In this document: positions 10,539 to 21,666 of the stretch, piece by piece | Layout: each line of letters begins with the position of its first letter | Numbering within the stretch: position 1 is the stretch's first letter | NCBI GenBank assembly: GCA_003282155.1 | Contig: QBZY01000001.1 | Span: forward strand, 18,917-82,916 | Reading direction: 5' to 3' | DNA: 64,000 nt | Source: Pelagibacteraceae bacterium AG-337-I02 | GTDB taxonomy: Bacteria > Pseudomonadota > Alphaproteobacteria > HIMB59 > GCA-002718135 | Position numbers and translations under genes: made by a program | Notes under the pieces: generated by a model | Databases searched by the model: none | What the model saw: only the letters and a program-made list of their open reading frames with translations | Told to the model about the DNA's origin: nothing

Positions 10539-11304
10539 AAATAAAAGAGGTTTAATATTTGGTATTGCAAATAATCATTCAATTGCATGGGGAATCGCAA
10601 AACAACTAGCTGAAAATGGTGCTGAAATAGCCATTGGTTATCAAAACGAAATATTATTGAAGAGAGTAAAACCGCTATCTGAAGAAATTAATTCAAAAAT
10701 ATTAATAGAATGTGATTTTAATAATGATGACTCAATAAACAAATCTTTAGAAATTATAAAAAAAGAATGGGGCACAATTGATTTTATAATTCACGCTGTT
10801 GCCTTTGCGGATAAGTCAGAGTTAAATGGTAGATATATTGATACCACAAAAAATAATTTTATTAATTGTTTGGAAATATCATGCTTTTCATTAACTAGTC
10901 TTGCGAGAAATTTTGAGCCTATAATGAATGATGGAGGGAGTATTCTCACTCTTACTTTTTACGGTTCAAATAAAGTGATTCCAAATTATAATTTAATGGG
11001 AATTGCAAAAGCAGCTTTAGAAACGAGTGTAAAATATTTGAGTGTGGACTTAGGTACAAAAAATATTCGTGTTAATGCTATTTCAGCTGGACCAATGAGA
11101 ACAATTGCTGGTGCAGCAATAAATAATGCTAGGGAAGTGTTTAAATTTACAGAAGAACATTCAGCATTGAAAAGAAATACGCAGCTTGATGAAATTGGTA
11201 AATCTGCCTTATATTTTGTTAGTGATTTATCTTCAGCTGTTACTGGTGAAGTACATTATGTCGACTGTGGCTACAATATTATTGGAATACCAAGTAAACT
11301 TTAA
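10531..11304 (+). CDS. fabI: Enoyl-ACP reductase (NADH), FabI type
   Basis: 257 aa SDR with the [14 protein letters not shown]-terminus and the [12 protein letters not shown] Tyr-x6-Lys block. Confidence 0.9.
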   Translation: MLRNKRGLIFGIANNHSIAWGIAKQLAENGAEIAIGYQNEILLKRVKPLSEEINSKILIECDFNNDDSINKSLEIIKKEWGTIDFIIHAVAFADKSELNGRYIDTTKNNFINCLEISCFSLTSLARNFEPIMNDGGSILTLTFYGSNKVIPNYNLMGIAKAALETSVKYLSVDLGTKNIRVNAISAGPMRTIAGAAINNAREVFKFTEEHSALKRNTQLDEIGKSALYFVSDLSSAVTGEVHYVDCGYNIIGIPSKL

Positions 11305-11963
11305 AATTCTCCCAATAGATCTTTAGGATTGTCAATAAAAATACTATCTACACCTAAGGAGAAAATCTGATTAGCGTTAGATAAATTTATATTCTTATCT
11401 GAATAAACTGTAATTGACATATTGGATTCTTTAATTTTTTTAATAATATCAGTTGATATAAGGTCTATATTTAATCCGCAAATTTTTAAATCGTTATTAA
11501 TTGATAAATTAATTAAATCATCAATATTAAATTTTATAAAATCATCTAATAGAAAACTACGAAAAGATTGAGGGTAAAGTTTTGAAATTTCTAAAATAGA
11601 AGTCATATCAAATGATGAGAAAAAAATATCTATTTGATGGATATTTTTTGTAAGTTCGTAAATTTGAAGAGTATTTTCTTTTTCAAAATTTTTATTTGGT
11701 TTTAATTCAATATTTAAATTACCTTTATTATTAATACAAAGATTTAGAATATCTTCTAACTTTGGAACCAAGATATTTGTATTTTTTTTATAAAAAAATT
11801 TTCCAGCATCAAATTTTTTTATATCATCATAATCATAATCAATTGCAAGTCCACTTCCATTAGTCGTTCTATCTAATGTGTCGTCATGTAGTAAAATTGG
11901 AATTTTGTCTTTGGAAATCTTTACATCTATTTCTACAAAGGTTAAGCCTATTTCTAGTGCCAT
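11301..11963 (-). CDS. Glycerophosphodiester phosphodiesterase (GDPD family); the ATG-defined ORF lacks the catalytic HRG motif, which lies in-frame upstream
   Basis: GDPD blocks are present (EIDVKISKDKIPILLHDDTLDRTTNG, NIELK). The same frame stays open up to 12062 and there encodes [24 protein letters not shown], but with no ATG/GTG/TTG (see findings). Confidence 0.75.
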   Translation of the reverse strand: MALEIGLTFVEIDVKISKDKIPILLHDDTLDRTTNGSGLAIDYDYDDIKKFDAGKFFYKKNTNILVPKLEDILNLCINNKGNLNIELKPNKNFEKENTLQIYELTKNIHQIDIFFSSFDMTSILEISKLYPQSFRSFLLDDFIKFNIDDLINLSINNDLKICGLNIDLISTDIIKKIKESNMSITVYSDKNINLSNANQIFSLGVDSIFIDNPKDLLGEF

Positions 11964-12033
11964 AGTAATAGATTCTAAAGTGTTTTCTGGACACAGATCT
12001 TTTACACCTCTGTGTCCAATTAATTTAGGTAAT

Positions 12034-14127
12034 TTAAGCGTTTTCTTCTGCGTAAACTGCTTTCATAGAAAGTTTTATTTTTCCTCTTGAATCTATATCC
12101 AGTACTTTTACTTTCACCATATCTCCTTCACTAATGACATCTTCAACTTTCTCTACTCTTTCATTTTTTAATTGACTAATATGTACAAGTCCATCTGTCG
12201 ACCCCATGAAATTAACAAAAGCTCCGAAGTCCATTATCTTTATGACTTTACCTTCATAGATTTTTCCAATCTCTGGCTCTTCAACAATACCTTTAATCCA
12301 TTCTAATGCATCATTTCCAGATTTTTGATCGACAGCTGCAATACTAACTAAACCTTCATCATTAATTTCAATTTTAGCTCCAGTTGTTTCAGATATTTCT
12401 CTAATAACTACCCCTCCCTTTCCAATAACTTCTCTAATTTTATCTTTGTTTATTTGAAGATTAGTTATTGTTGGTGCGTATTGTGAAATTGTTTTATTTG
12501 GTTTATCAATTGCCTTAGCCATTTCAGCTAATATATGGAAACGTCCGTCTTTAGCTTGAGCTAACGCTTCTTTCATTATTTCAGGCGTTATACTTGTTAT
12601 CTTAATATCCATTTGAAGAGATGTAATCCCTTCTGAAGTTCCAGCTACTTTGAAATCCATATCTCCCAAATGATCTTCATCTCCTAAGATATCTGACAAA
12701 ATTACATACTTATCATCTTCTTTAATTAACCCCATTGCAATTCCAGCTACTGGCCTTTCTAGTGGTACACCTGCATCCATTAAAGACATAGATGTGCCGC
12801 ACACAGTTGCCATTGAGCTAGATCCGTTTGATTCTGTAATTTCTGAGACAACTCTATAAGTGTATGGGAATTTTTCATTTGAAGGCAGCATTGGATGAAT
12901 TGCTCTCCATGCTAGTTTTCCATGACCAATTTCTCTTCTGCTAGTTGAACCAACTCTACCAACTTCTCCAACTGAGTATGGTGGAAAATTATAGTGAAGC
13001 ATAAAATTTTCAGTATATTCTCCATCAATGGCATCAATTCTTTGCTCATCTTGACCAGTGCCTAAAGTTGATACAACAATTGCTTGGGTTTCTCCTCTGG
13101 TGAATAATGCTGATCCATGTGTACGTTCTAGAATTCCTGTTTCACAAACAATTGGTCGAACAGTTTTTGTATCTCTTCCATCAATTCTTTTACCAGTATT
13201 GATTAGCTCGCCTCTAACAATATCTTTCTCTACGTTTTTAATAGCATCAGCTATTATTACTGCTGATAGTGTTTCAGATGTATATTTTTCAGAAATTGAA
13301 TTTCTAATAGAAGATAATTGATCTGATCTTTTTTGTTTTTCTATTATTTTATATGCTTCTATAAACTCATTACCAAACTCACTATTAATATTTGTTGGAA
13401 GATTTTTAATTTCATCTTCTTTTTCTTTTAATTCCCATGGTTCTTTTGCTGCTTTTTTTGCTAGAGCTATAATTGCATCAATCACTGCTTTATAACTATC
13501 TTGTCCAAGAACAACGGCGTCTAACATCTGTTTTTCTGAAAGCTCCTGTGCCTCAGACTCAATCATTAAGACACCCTCTTTTGTTCCTGCTAACACTAAC
13601 TCTAGTTTCGTATCAGCTAATTGACCTTTTGTAGGGTTAACAACAAACCCATCATCAATAAAACCAATTTTTATTGCACCTAATGGCCCTAAAAATGGTA
13701 ATCCAGATAATGTCAATGCTGCACTTGCAGCAACTAGCGCTACTACATCTGAATCATTTTCTTGATCATGTGATAAAACTGTACAAGTAACTTGAGTTTC
13801 ATTTTTGAAATCTTTATGAAATAACGGTCTAACAGGTCTATCAATTAGACGACTGACTAAAGTTTCTTTTTCAGTAGGTCTAGCTTCTCTTTTAAAAAAC
13901 CCACCTGGAATTTTACCTACAGAGTAGTATTTTTCCTGATAGTTTACTGTTAGTGGGAAAAAATCAATATCTGGTTTTGCTTCTTTAGCTGCAACTACAT
14001 TTGCCATAACTGTAGTTCCACCATACGTGGCTAATACTGTTGCATCAGCTTGTCTTGCTATTTTTCCAGTTTCTAATTTAAGTTTTCTACCTGCCCATTC
14101 AATTTCTACATTTTTTACATCAAACAT
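12034..14127 (-). CDS. pnp: Polyribonucleotide nucleotidyltransferase (PNPase)
   Basis: 697 aa with two RNase PH domains followed by KH and S1 domains. rpsO-pnp synteny. Confidence 0.97.
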   Translation of the reverse strand: MFDVKNVEIEWAGRKLKLETGKIARQADATVLATYGGTTVMANVVAAKEAKPDIDFFPLTVNYQEKYYSVGKIPGGFFKREARPTEKETLVSRLIDRPVRPLFHKDFKNETQVTCTVLSHDQENDSDVVALVAASAALTLSGLPFLGPLGAIKIGFIDDGFVVNPTKGQLADTKLELVLAGTKEGVLMIESEAQELSEKQMLDAVVLGQDSYKAVIDAIIALAKKAAKEPWELKEKEDEIKNLPTNINSEFGNEFIEAYKIIEKQKRSDQLSSIRNSISEKYTSETLSAVIIADAIKNVEKDIVRGELINTGKRIDGRDTKTVRPIVCETGILERTHGSALFTRGETQAIVVSTLGTGQDEQRIDAIDGEYTENFMLHYNFPPYSVGEVGRVGSTSRREIGHGKLAWRAIHPMLPSNEKFPYTYRVVSEITESNGSSSMATVCGTSMSLMDAGVPLERPVAGIAMGLIKEDDKYVILSDILGDEDHLGDMDFKVAGTSEGITSLQMDIKITSITPEIMKEALAQAKDGRFHILAEMAKAIDKPNKTISQYAPTITNLQINKDKIREVIGKGGVVIREISETTGAKIEINDEGLVSIAAVDQKSGNDALEWIKGIVEEPEIGKIYEGKVIKIMDFGAFVNFMGSTDGLVHISQLKNERVEKVEDVISEGDMVKVKVLDIDSRGKIKLSMKAVYAEENA

Positions 14128-14150
14128 AATTTTATTTTCTTCCTCTTTTA

Positions 14151-14420
14151 TTATCCCCTTATTTTTAGTTTTTTAATTAACTCTGAGTATTCAGATTTAT
14201 TTTTTTTAGATAAATACATTAATAATTTTTTTCTTTTATTAACCATAGCAACTAAACCTCTTTTCGAATGATTATCTTTGTTATGTGATTTAAAATGTTC
14301 AGTTAAATTTTTTATTCTTTCTGATAAAACTGCTATCTGAACACCTGTTGATCCAGTATCTTTGTCATTTTTAGAATATTCATTAATAAGATTTTTTTTG
14401 TTTTCTTTAGTTATCGACAT
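14151..14420 (-). CDS. rpsO: 30S ribosomal protein S15
   Basis: 89 aa with [14 protein letters not shown]...HFK.H.KD.HS.RGL signature residues. Confidence 0.95.
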   Translation of the reverse strand: MSITKENKKNLINEYSKNDKDTGSTGVQIAVLSERIKNLTEHFKSHNKDNHSKRGLVAMVNKRKKLLMYLSKKNKSEYSELIKKLKIRG

Positions 14421-14428
14421 CAGTACTC

Positions 14429-15334
14429 CTATATTAATATTTTATTTGGTTTAAACAAATTACCATCTAATTTGCCTATTGAGACTATGTCTCCTTTGTT
14501 AAATAAAAAAATATTTTTTTTATCCAAGTTTATTGACGAAGAATTTATAATTTTATTTTCATCAATCTTAATTGATCTCCCAAAAGATAAATTATCAATA
14601 TCCAGTTGTTCTTCAATTTCATAAGCCAAGATGTCGTCCAGCATAGAAATTGATGGGGCAATACAATTAATTTCTTTGTGCCTTTGTCCTATTTTAAGAA
14701 GATCGTCCAGTAAAATCGATGTTTTTTCTGTAAATTTACCTACTTTTGATCTTTTTAATGAAGAAATATGACCATATGTTTTTAGGTCTAATGCAAAATC
14801 ACGAGCAAAACTTCTAATATAAAAACCTTTTCCGCACAAAATTTTAAATGATGTTTTGTTTGTAATATGTTTAGTAATAGTCAAATCTTCAGTAAAAACT
14901 TTTTTTGGCTCAATCGTGAATTTTTCGTTTTCTCTAAATAATTTATAAGCTCTCTTTCCATTAATTTTAACTGCAGAGACTTTTGGTGGTGTCTGGTTAA
15001 TATAACCAACGTAGTTATTGATTTTTTTTTCAATTACTTCCTTTGTTGGAAAATAATTTGTTTCAAATAAAATTTGACCTTCTGAATCGTCTGTTGTTGT
15101 TTGGCTTCCCCATGTTATTGTGAACTCATATTCTTTATGCATATTGTTAATATATGGAATTAGTTTTGTTGCTTTCCCTATAGCAACGGGTAATATACCT
15201 TCAGCCATAGGGTCTAGAGTGCCTGCATGACCAATTTTATTAATTAAAAATTTTTTTTTAATAAAATTTATAGCTCTAAAAGATGTAATATTTTTAGGTT
15301 TATATAAATTTATCCAACCTTGTTTTGAAATCAT
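14429..15334 (-). CDS. truB: tRNA pseudouridine-55 synthase
   Basis: Catalytic motif [12 protein letters not shown]. 301 aa. Operon position after rbfA. Confidence 0.93.
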   Translation of the reverse strand: MISKQGWINLYKPKNITSFRAINFIKKKFLINKIGHAGTLDPMAEGILPVAIGKATKLIPYINNMHKEYEFTITWGSQTTTDDSEGQILFETNYFPTKEVIEKKINNYVGYINQTPPKVSAVKINGKRAYKLFRENEKFTIEPKKVFTEDLTITKHITNKTSFKILCGKGFYIRSFARDFALDLKTYGHISSLKRSKVGKFTEKTSILLDDLLKIGQRHKEINCIAPSISMLDDILAYEIEEQLDIDNLSFGRSIKIDENKIINSSSINLDKKNIFLFNKGDIVSIGKLDGNLFKPNKILI

Positions 15335-15699
15335 TATTTAATATCTCTAAGTACTTTTTTATTTAGTAAAAGATTTTCAATTTTTTCTGCTTCATCAAAT
15401 GTATCGTCTAAATAAAAAGAGAGCTTTGGTGTGAATTTTGCATTGATTTTTGCTTTTGATATAAATTTTTGAAAAATATATTTTCTATCTTTTAAAATTT
15501 CAAGAATATGTATTTTATCCTTACCTCCAAGAGGCATAAAATATACATTTGCAATCTTTAAATCTTTTGACATTCTTACAAATGATATCGTAATTGATGA
15601 AGAGTTTATATTTTCGTCGAAAAAATCTTCTTTTAGTAAACAATCACTCAGTAATGATCTGATAAGTTCACCAAATCTAATTTGCCTCTGCGTATCCAT
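15334..15699 (-). CDS. rbfA: Ribosome-binding factor A
   Basis: 121 aa, between infB and truB, with an RbfA-like N-terminus (QRQIRFGELIRS). Confidence 0.87.
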   Translation of the reverse strand: MDTQRQIRFGELIRSLLSDCLLKEDFFDENINSSSITISFVRMSKDLKIANVYFMPLGGKDKIHILEILKDRKYIFQKFISKAKINAKFTPKLSFYLDDTFDEAEKIENLLLNKKVLRDIK

Positions 15700-15711
15700 T
15701 GTAAAAAAACA

Positions 15712-17952
15712 TTATAACCTTCTGCTTGTAGAAACTTCTTCAAACGTTTCAATAATATCTCCTGCCTTGATATCACTGTAATTATCAAGCATTACACCAC
15801 ACTCAAAGCCTGACTTAACCTCGGATACTTCTTCTTTAAATCTTTTTAAACTACTAATTTGTCCTTTGTGAATCACTATGTTATCTCTAAGAATTCTTAC
15901 CTGTGATTTTCTAGAAATATAGCCATCTTTAACCATACACCCTGCAATATTTCCAACTTTGGATATATTAAATATCTCTCTAATCTCTACGTTTCCAGTA
16001 ATATTTTCTGAGATATCAGGTTTTAATAAACCAGTTAAAAGATTTTTTATATCATCAATAAGTTCATAAATTATTGAATAATATTTTATATCTACTCCAT
16101 CTCTTTTTGCTATATCTCTTGCATGAGGTAGTGCTCTAACATTAAAACCAACTATAAAACCTTTGCCAGAACCAGCAAGTGTAACATCACTTTCTGTAAT
16201 GGCGCCTACTCCTTTATATATGACGTTTACTTTAACTTCATCTGTTGAGAGTTTGGTAATTGAATTTTCAATAGCTTCTGCTGATCCCTGGACATCTGTT
16301 TTAATAACTACTGGAAGATTTGTTGCTTCACCTTTATTAATTTGAGCAAACATTTCTTCAACGTTAGATTTAGCAACTGTATTTTTTTGTATTTGCAGTT
16401 TGCTTGATCTAAATTCTGCAATTTTACGAGCAATACTTTCATTTTCTACTACAATGAAGTCATCACCAGCTAATGGGTTGGAGTCAAATCCTAGAACTTC
16501 AACCGGTACAGATGGTTCAGCTTGTTTTATGTTTTTTCCTTTATCATCAATTAAAGCTTTAACTTTTCCCCACTCAGATCCAGATACAAAGATATCACTT
16601 ACTTTTAATGTTCCTTTTTGTACTAAGACTGTTGCTACTGACCCTCTACCTTTTTCCAGTTTAGATTCAATTACTGATCCTCTAGCTTTTCTATCAGGGT
16701 TAGCTTTGAGATTAAGAAGATCTGCTTGTAAATGAATTGCTTCTTCTAATTTATTTAAATTTGTTCCTTTAGTTGCTGATACTTCAATATCTAAAACATC
16801 ACCACTTAATTTTTCAACAATTACTTCATGACTAAGTAACTCATTTCTAACTTTATTAGGATCAGCTCCTGGAAGATCAATTTTATTAATAGCAACTATT
16901 ATTGGGACTTCAGCAGATTTCGCATGAGCAATTGATTCAATTGTCTGGGGTTTAATTCCATCATCAGCTGCTACAACCAGTATGACTATATCAGTAGTTT
17001 TAGATCCTCTAGCTCTCATATTCGAGAAAGCAGCATGACCTGGTGTATCTATAAATGTAATTTTTTTATTATTGTTATTGATTTGATAAGCACCAATATG
17101 CTGAGTTATACCACCAGCCTCACCAGATACTACGTTACTTTTTCTAAATGCATCTAGTAAAGAAGTTTTTCCATGGTCAACATGACCCATGATTGTTACT
17201 ACAGGTGCTCTTTTTTTAAGATTATCTTCGTGATCTTCAAAATCTTTAATATCATTCAGTACGTCGTCATCTTTAACTACAGTAACTTTATGACCTAATT
17301 CTTCTGCAACTAATTGAGCAGTATCAGATTCCAAAGACTGAGTTGCATTTGCCATTACGCCCATTTTCATTAAGACTTTAACTACATCAGCAGTTTTTTC
17401 TGCCATTCTATTAGCTAAATCTTGAACTGTGATAAAATCAGGAATTGATACTTCCCTGGAGATTTTATTTTCTTCCTCATAGTTTACTGATTTTAGTTTT
17501 TCTTTTTCTCTAGCTCTTTTTATTTTTGCTAAACTAGGGAATTTATCAAATTCTTGATCTTCTTGTTCTAATATTTTTTTAGCATCAGATTTACTAAAAT
17601 CATCTTCTAGTGGTCTAAGAGTTGATTTTTTTTGTTGAGTTTTTTTGTCTACATTTTTTTTATTTTTATTCTCAAAACTTCTAGTTTTGCTAGGAGAGGT
17701 AAAGTTTGGTTGTGGTGAGGAATTTATTCCTGGTCTTGGCGTTCTTAAACTGGAGGATCCTCTATAATTTGATTGAGCTGTTGATGAACTTTTCTGTTGA
17801 TTATTTTTATTTTTAAAAACGATTTGGATCGTTTTCTTATTACCGCTACTTCTTGCTTTATCGCTCCCTGGGCCAAGATTTTTTCTTATTTGCAATCTTC
17901 CTGATGAAGATAGTTTTAGTGGTTTTGTCTTTTTGCCTTGATCTTGATCCAA
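15712..17952 (-). CDS. infB: Translation initiation factor IF-2
   Basis: 746 aa. G domain motifs GHVDHGKTSLLD, DTPGH and NKID. Low-complexity basic N-terminus. Confidence 0.97.
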   Translation of the reverse strand: MDQDQGKKTKPLKLSSSGRLQIRKNLGPGSDKARSSGNKKTIQIVFKNKNNQQKSSSTAQSNYRGSSSLRTPRPGINSSPQPNFTSPSKTRSFENKNKKNVDKKTQQKKSTLRPLEDDFSKSDAKKILEQEDQEFDKFPSLAKIKRAREKEKLKSVNYEEENKISREVSIPDFITVQDLANRMAEKTADVVKVLMKMGVMANATQSLESDTAQLVAEELGHKVTVVKDDDVLNDIKDFEDHEDNLKKRAPVVTIMGHVDHGKTSLLDAFRKSNVVSGEAGGITQHIGAYQINNNNKKITFIDTPGHAAFSNMRARGSKTTDIVILVVAADDGIKPQTIESIAHAKSAEVPIIVAINKIDLPGADPNKVRNELLSHEVIVEKLSGDVLDIEVSATKGTNLNKLEEAIHLQADLLNLKANPDRKARGSVIESKLEKGRGSVATVLVQKGTLKVSDIFVSGSEWGKVKALIDDKGKNIKQAEPSVPVEVLGFDSNPLAGDDFIVVENESIARKIAEFRSSKLQIQKNTVAKSNVEEMFAQINKGEATNLPVVIKTDVQGSAEAIENSITKLSTDEVKVNVIYKGVGAITESDVTLAGSGKGFIVGFNVRALPHARDIAKRDGVDIKYYSIIYELIDDIKNLLTGLLKPDISENITGNVEIREIFNISKVGNIAGCMVKDGYISRKSQVRILRDNIVIHKGQISSLKRFKEEVSEVKSGFECGVMLDNYSDIKAGDIIETFEEVSTSRRL

Positions 17953-17954
17953 TT

Positions 17955-19493
17955 TTAATCCTTATTTAATTCTTCATTCCAGAAACTTCTTGCTTCCATT
18001 ATCATATTATTAGCAAGTTCTTCATCAATATCTAGCTCTTTTAAAATACCTTCTTCTTTATCTATAAGCTCAAAAGTAGCTAAATCGGCAAAATCATTAA
18101 CATTAAGAATATTTGATTTTGCAAGTTTTGCCAAAATACTGTTATTCATACCCTTTAAGTTTTTTAATTTGTCATCATTAATATTTTCATCAGCAAATTT
18201 TTTGTCAGATTCTTCTTTATCTCTTACAAAAGTTTTAGATCTATCAATTATTTCTTGAGCTAAATTAGAATCAAAACCTTCTACTCTTTCAAGATTTTGT
18301 AATGTTTCAGATGCTATAGACTCAACAGTAGTATAACCGTCAGTAACAAGCAACTGGGCAATAACATCTTCAACATCAAGAGTCTCGGCCAATAATAGAC
18401 TTTTTTCTTTAAATTCTTGTTGTCTTCTTTCTGACTCTTCATCTTCGGTTAAGATATCTATTTCTAAACTAGTTAAATTGGAAGCTAGCTTAACATTTTG
18501 ACCCTTCCTTCCAATTGCAAGACTTAACTGATCATCAGGTATTACAACCTCAACTTTATTCCTTTCTTCATATAAGAAAATCTTACTCACTTCAGCTGGT
18601 GCGAGTGCATTTGCTAAAAAAGTAGCTTGATTTTCTGACCAAGTAACAATGTCTATTTTTTCACCCTGCAATTCATTTACAACAGCTTGTACTCTTGAAC
18701 CTCTCATTCCAACACAAGCACCTACTGGGTCTATAGTAGAATCTTCAGTAAAAACACTAATCTTAGCTCTTGAACCGGGGTCTCTAGCAACACTTTTCAC
18801 AACAATGACGCCCTCGTATATTTCTGGCACTTCTTGAAAGAATAGCTTTGACAAAAATTGAGGATGTGTTCTGGATAAGAAAACTTGATATCCTTTAACA
18901 TCATTTTTTACTTCATATATGTAAGCTCTTACTCTGTCTCCATTCTTAAATGTTTCTCTAGGGATGAGTTCTTCCCTTTTAATTATTGCTTCACTTTTAC
19001 CTAAGTCTATAATTAAATTTCCAAATTCCGTTCTTTTGACTATTCCAACAGCTATTTCACCAACTTTATCTTTATATTCTTCGTATTGATTAGATTTATC
19101 GGCTTCTCTTACTTTTTGAATTATTACACCCTTAGCATTTTGTGCAGCAACTCTGCCTAATTCAATTGGAGGTAATTCTTTTATAATAAACTCACCTAAA
19201 TTAATATCTGAATTAATTTTTTTTGCATCATTTAATAGAATTTGTCTAGATTGTAATTCTTCATCTAGACTATCAACTACCTGCAAATATGAATTTAGTT
19301 TAATATCACCTGTTGTTCTATCTATAGAAATTCTTATATCAATTTCCTGGCCATATTTAACCCTTGCAGCTTTTTCTAATGCTTGTTCCATTGCTGAGAA
19401 AACTGAATCTTGATCTATATTTTTTTCTAGAGCTACATTAGAAGCGACTTGAAGCATTTCTTCTCTAATTACGTTATATTTTTTTTTAGCCAT
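17955..19493 (-). CDS. nusA: Transcription termination/antitermination factor NusA
   Basis: 512 aa with S1 and two KH domains plus a C-terminal acidic repeat region. Sits directly upstream of infB. Confidence 0.96.
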   Translation of the reverse strand: MAKKKYNVIREEMLQVASNVALEKNIDQDSVFSAMEQALEKAARVKYGQEIDIRISIDRTTGDIKLNSYLQVVDSLDEELQSRQILLNDAKKINSDINLGEFIIKELPPIELGRVAAQNAKGVIIQKVREADKSNQYEEYKDKVGEIAVGIVKRTEFGNLIIDLGKSEAIIKREELIPRETFKNGDRVRAYIYEVKNDVKGYQVFLSRTHPQFLSKLFFQEVPEIYEGVIVVKSVARDPGSRAKISVFTEDSTIDPVGACVGMRGSRVQAVVNELQGEKIDIVTWSENQATFLANALAPAEVSKIFLYEERNKVEVVIPDDQLSLAIGRKGQNVKLASNLTSLEIDILTEDEESERRQQEFKEKSLLLAETLDVEDVIAQLLVTDGYTTVESIASETLQNLERVEGFDSNLAQEIIDRSKTFVRDKEESDKKFADENINDDKLKNLKGMNNSILAKLAKSNILNVNDFADLATFELIDKEEGILKELDIDEELANNMIMEARSFWNEELNKD

Positions 19494-19500
19494 AGTTATA

Positions 19501-19523
19501 AAAAAAAGGTGGGATATCCCACC
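19501..19523 (-). terminator. Intrinsic terminator of trmB lying 7 nt upstream of the nusA ATG
   Basis: The minus strand reads GGTGGG-ATAT-CCCACC (perfect 16-nt palindrome, 5/6 GC stem), then TTTTTTT, then TATAACT-ATG(nusA). Confidence 0.7.
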
Positions 19524-19565
19524 TTAATAGATATTCGTATATTAATATTTTTAAAAAATTCAAGC

Positions 19566-20222
19566 TTATAATTTTTTTAAAATGAATAAAGACGGATTTC
19601 TTTGAGATTTGATTGCTTTTTTATAATATTTTGTCTCGATATCGAAATAACTCTTTATATGTAAATTCATTTCAGATTGGTTCAGCCAAAGAAAATAATC
19701 TTTGCAATTGTAAATTGTATTTAAAATAAATCTTATATATATTGTTGAATCTGTAGCTATATATATTTCACTATTCTTTTTTAGAATTTTATGAAGTTTT
19801 ATCAAGAAATCACTAGTTATCAATCTACGTTTAGCATGTCTATTTTTTGGCCATGGATCAGGAAAAAATATCCATACAAGACAAAAATTTTTTTCATTTG
19901 TACTTTCTAAAATATCATAAACATTTCCATTATGTAATTGAAGATTTTTTATATTATTCATTTCAATATTTTTCAGTAAAATTATATTTCCATCAACGTA
20001 TTTTTCACAAGATATAACAATTTTATTTGAAAATTTCTTTGCAAGAAATATACTAGTCTCACCATAACCAGTACCGATGTCTAAAATATAATCTAACTTT
20101 TTATCAAAATTTTGAAACTTATATTTAGCAACTGTTTGATAATATTTTTTTAAATCAATTTTTTTCTTACTTCTTCCTCTCGTTCTTCCATATAAGCGTT
20201 TGCTATAATTGCTACTAAGCAT
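19566..20222 (-). CDS. trmB: tRNA (guanine-N7)-methyltransferase
   Basis: Hallmark block FFPDPWPKNRHAKRRL and SAM motif LDIGTGYGE. 218 aa. Confidence 0.9.
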   Translation of the reverse strand: MLSSNYSKRLYGRTRGRSKKKIDLKKYYQTVAKYKFQNFDKKLDYILDIGTGYGETSIFLAKKFSNKIVISCEKYVDGNIILLKNIEMNNIKNLQLHNGNVYDILESTNEKNFCLVWIFFPDPWPKNRHAKRRLITSDFLIKLHKILKKNSEIYIATDSTIYIRFILNTIYNCKDYFLWLNQSEMNLHIKSYFDIETKYYKKAIKSQRNPSLFILKKL

Positions 20223-21666
20223 TTTTTCTTAAATAATAGAAAGAACTTAATATAAAAATAATAAAAAAATATATTTTAAATATTAAATGAAAACTGACGT
20301 AATTATTATTTTCTTTAAATGATAGTTTGTGTTTAAAATTTTCAGTTTTGTTTAGCTGAGTTTTATTTAGTACAGCACCATTATTATCTATCACTGCAGA
20401 TATTCCATTGTTAGAAACACGAATAATTGGCTTATTAAACTCTGCAGCTCTGATTTTGGTGAGATAGAAATGTTGGTAAGGACCTAGATAATCACCAAAC
20501 CAAAAATCATTTGTAATATTTACTACAAAGTTACTTTTGTTATTAAATTTATTTAAAAGTTTCCAGTAAAAAACAATTTCATAACAAATCACAGGTATAA
20601 AACTTATATTGTTGGGTAGATTAATTATTCTTTCGATTTTACCTTTTGAATAATTATTTGTACCCACAATACTTTCTAAAAAAGTAAGTGAATTTCTTAA
20701 TGGTAGAAATTCTCCAAAAGGAACAAGTATTTTTTTATCAAAGTAAGCTACATTTATAGAATTAATACTTAATAAACTATTATAGTATTTATTATTCTCA
20801 TATCTTGTGGCTCCAATAATTATTGTTTGATTTTCTTTTAAAGAATCTTTTATTTTTTTTAGTTCGAGATCATCTAAAAGATAAGGTAAATTATTTTCCC
20901 CAAAGATAAGCAGATCTGAAGTACTTTCATTAATATGTTTAATTATTCTTTGAAGTTTTTTGTCATCTGTCAAAGATTGATCATTATTTTTAAAATTTAA
21001 TTGAAAAATTTCCAAATTAATTATTTTAACCTTTGAATTATTTTTTTCAGAATTAAAATTTGATATCAATAAACTAATTATTGGTAAAGCAATAAATAAT
21101 GAAAGATAACGCAATTCTTTTCTAAAGTTTGCTTTTGTTAAAAAAATAAAAGGTATGCAAAATGTCTGAATAATCAAATAACTCGAGAATAATGTTCCAA
21201 ATGATTTTAGTGAAAGAAGTAAATATTCGTTACTAGAAAGTATTAACGAGAATGTAAACCAGGGAAATCCATAAAAAAACAAAGATATTATATATTCACT
21301 AGATGTGAACATAAATGGAATAAGAAAAATTACTGGAACATTTTTGCCTAATTTTAAAATTATTGTAAATATTAAACTTAAAATTACAGATAGTAATATT
21401 ATTAGTAACAAAAAAACTAAGAAAAAATTTTTAGTTTCTTCAAAAACAAAAAAAGGATTCTTAACCCAAAATAAATAACTAATAAAAAAACCAAATCCAA
21501 AAAATGAGAATTTTTTAAAAATATTTAAATTACTATGATTTTCTCTATTTAAATCTAATAACAAACAAAAAAAAGGAAAGATGATAAAACCCAATGGTAA
21601 AAAAAAATATGGAGGAAATAGAAGCGAGGTTGAAAGTCCTAAGGTTAAATAAATTAAAATACTCAA
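20215..21666 (-). CDS. lnt: Apolipoprotein N-acyltransferase
   Basis: 483 aa. Polytopic N-terminus plus a C-terminal CN-hydrolase domain with PVICYE catalytic Cys context. Conserved ybeY-corC-lnt order. Confidence 0.85.
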   Translation of the reverse strand: MSILIYLTLGLSTSLLFPPYFFLPLGFIIFPFFCLLLDLNRENHSNLNIFKKFSFFGFGFFISYLFWVKNPFFVFEETKNFFLVFLLLIILLSVILSLIFTIILKLGKNVPVIFLIPFMFTSSEYIISLFFYGFPWFTFSLILSSNEYLLLSLKSFGTLFSSYLIIQTFCIPFIFLTKANFRKELRYLSLFIALPIISLLISNFNSEKNNSKVKIINLEIFQLNFKNNDQSLTDDKKLQRIIKHINESTSDLLIFGENNLPYLLDDLELKKIKDSLKENQTIIIGATRYENNKYYNSLLSINSINVAYFDKKILVPFGEFLPLRNSLTFLESIVGTNNYSKGKIERIINLPNNISFIPVICYEIVFYWKLLNKFNNKSNFVVNITNDFWFGDYLGPYQHFYLTKIRAAEFNKPIIRVSNNGISAVIDNNGAVLNKTQLNKTENFKHKLSFKENNNYVSFHLIFKIYFFIIFILSSFYYLRKNA

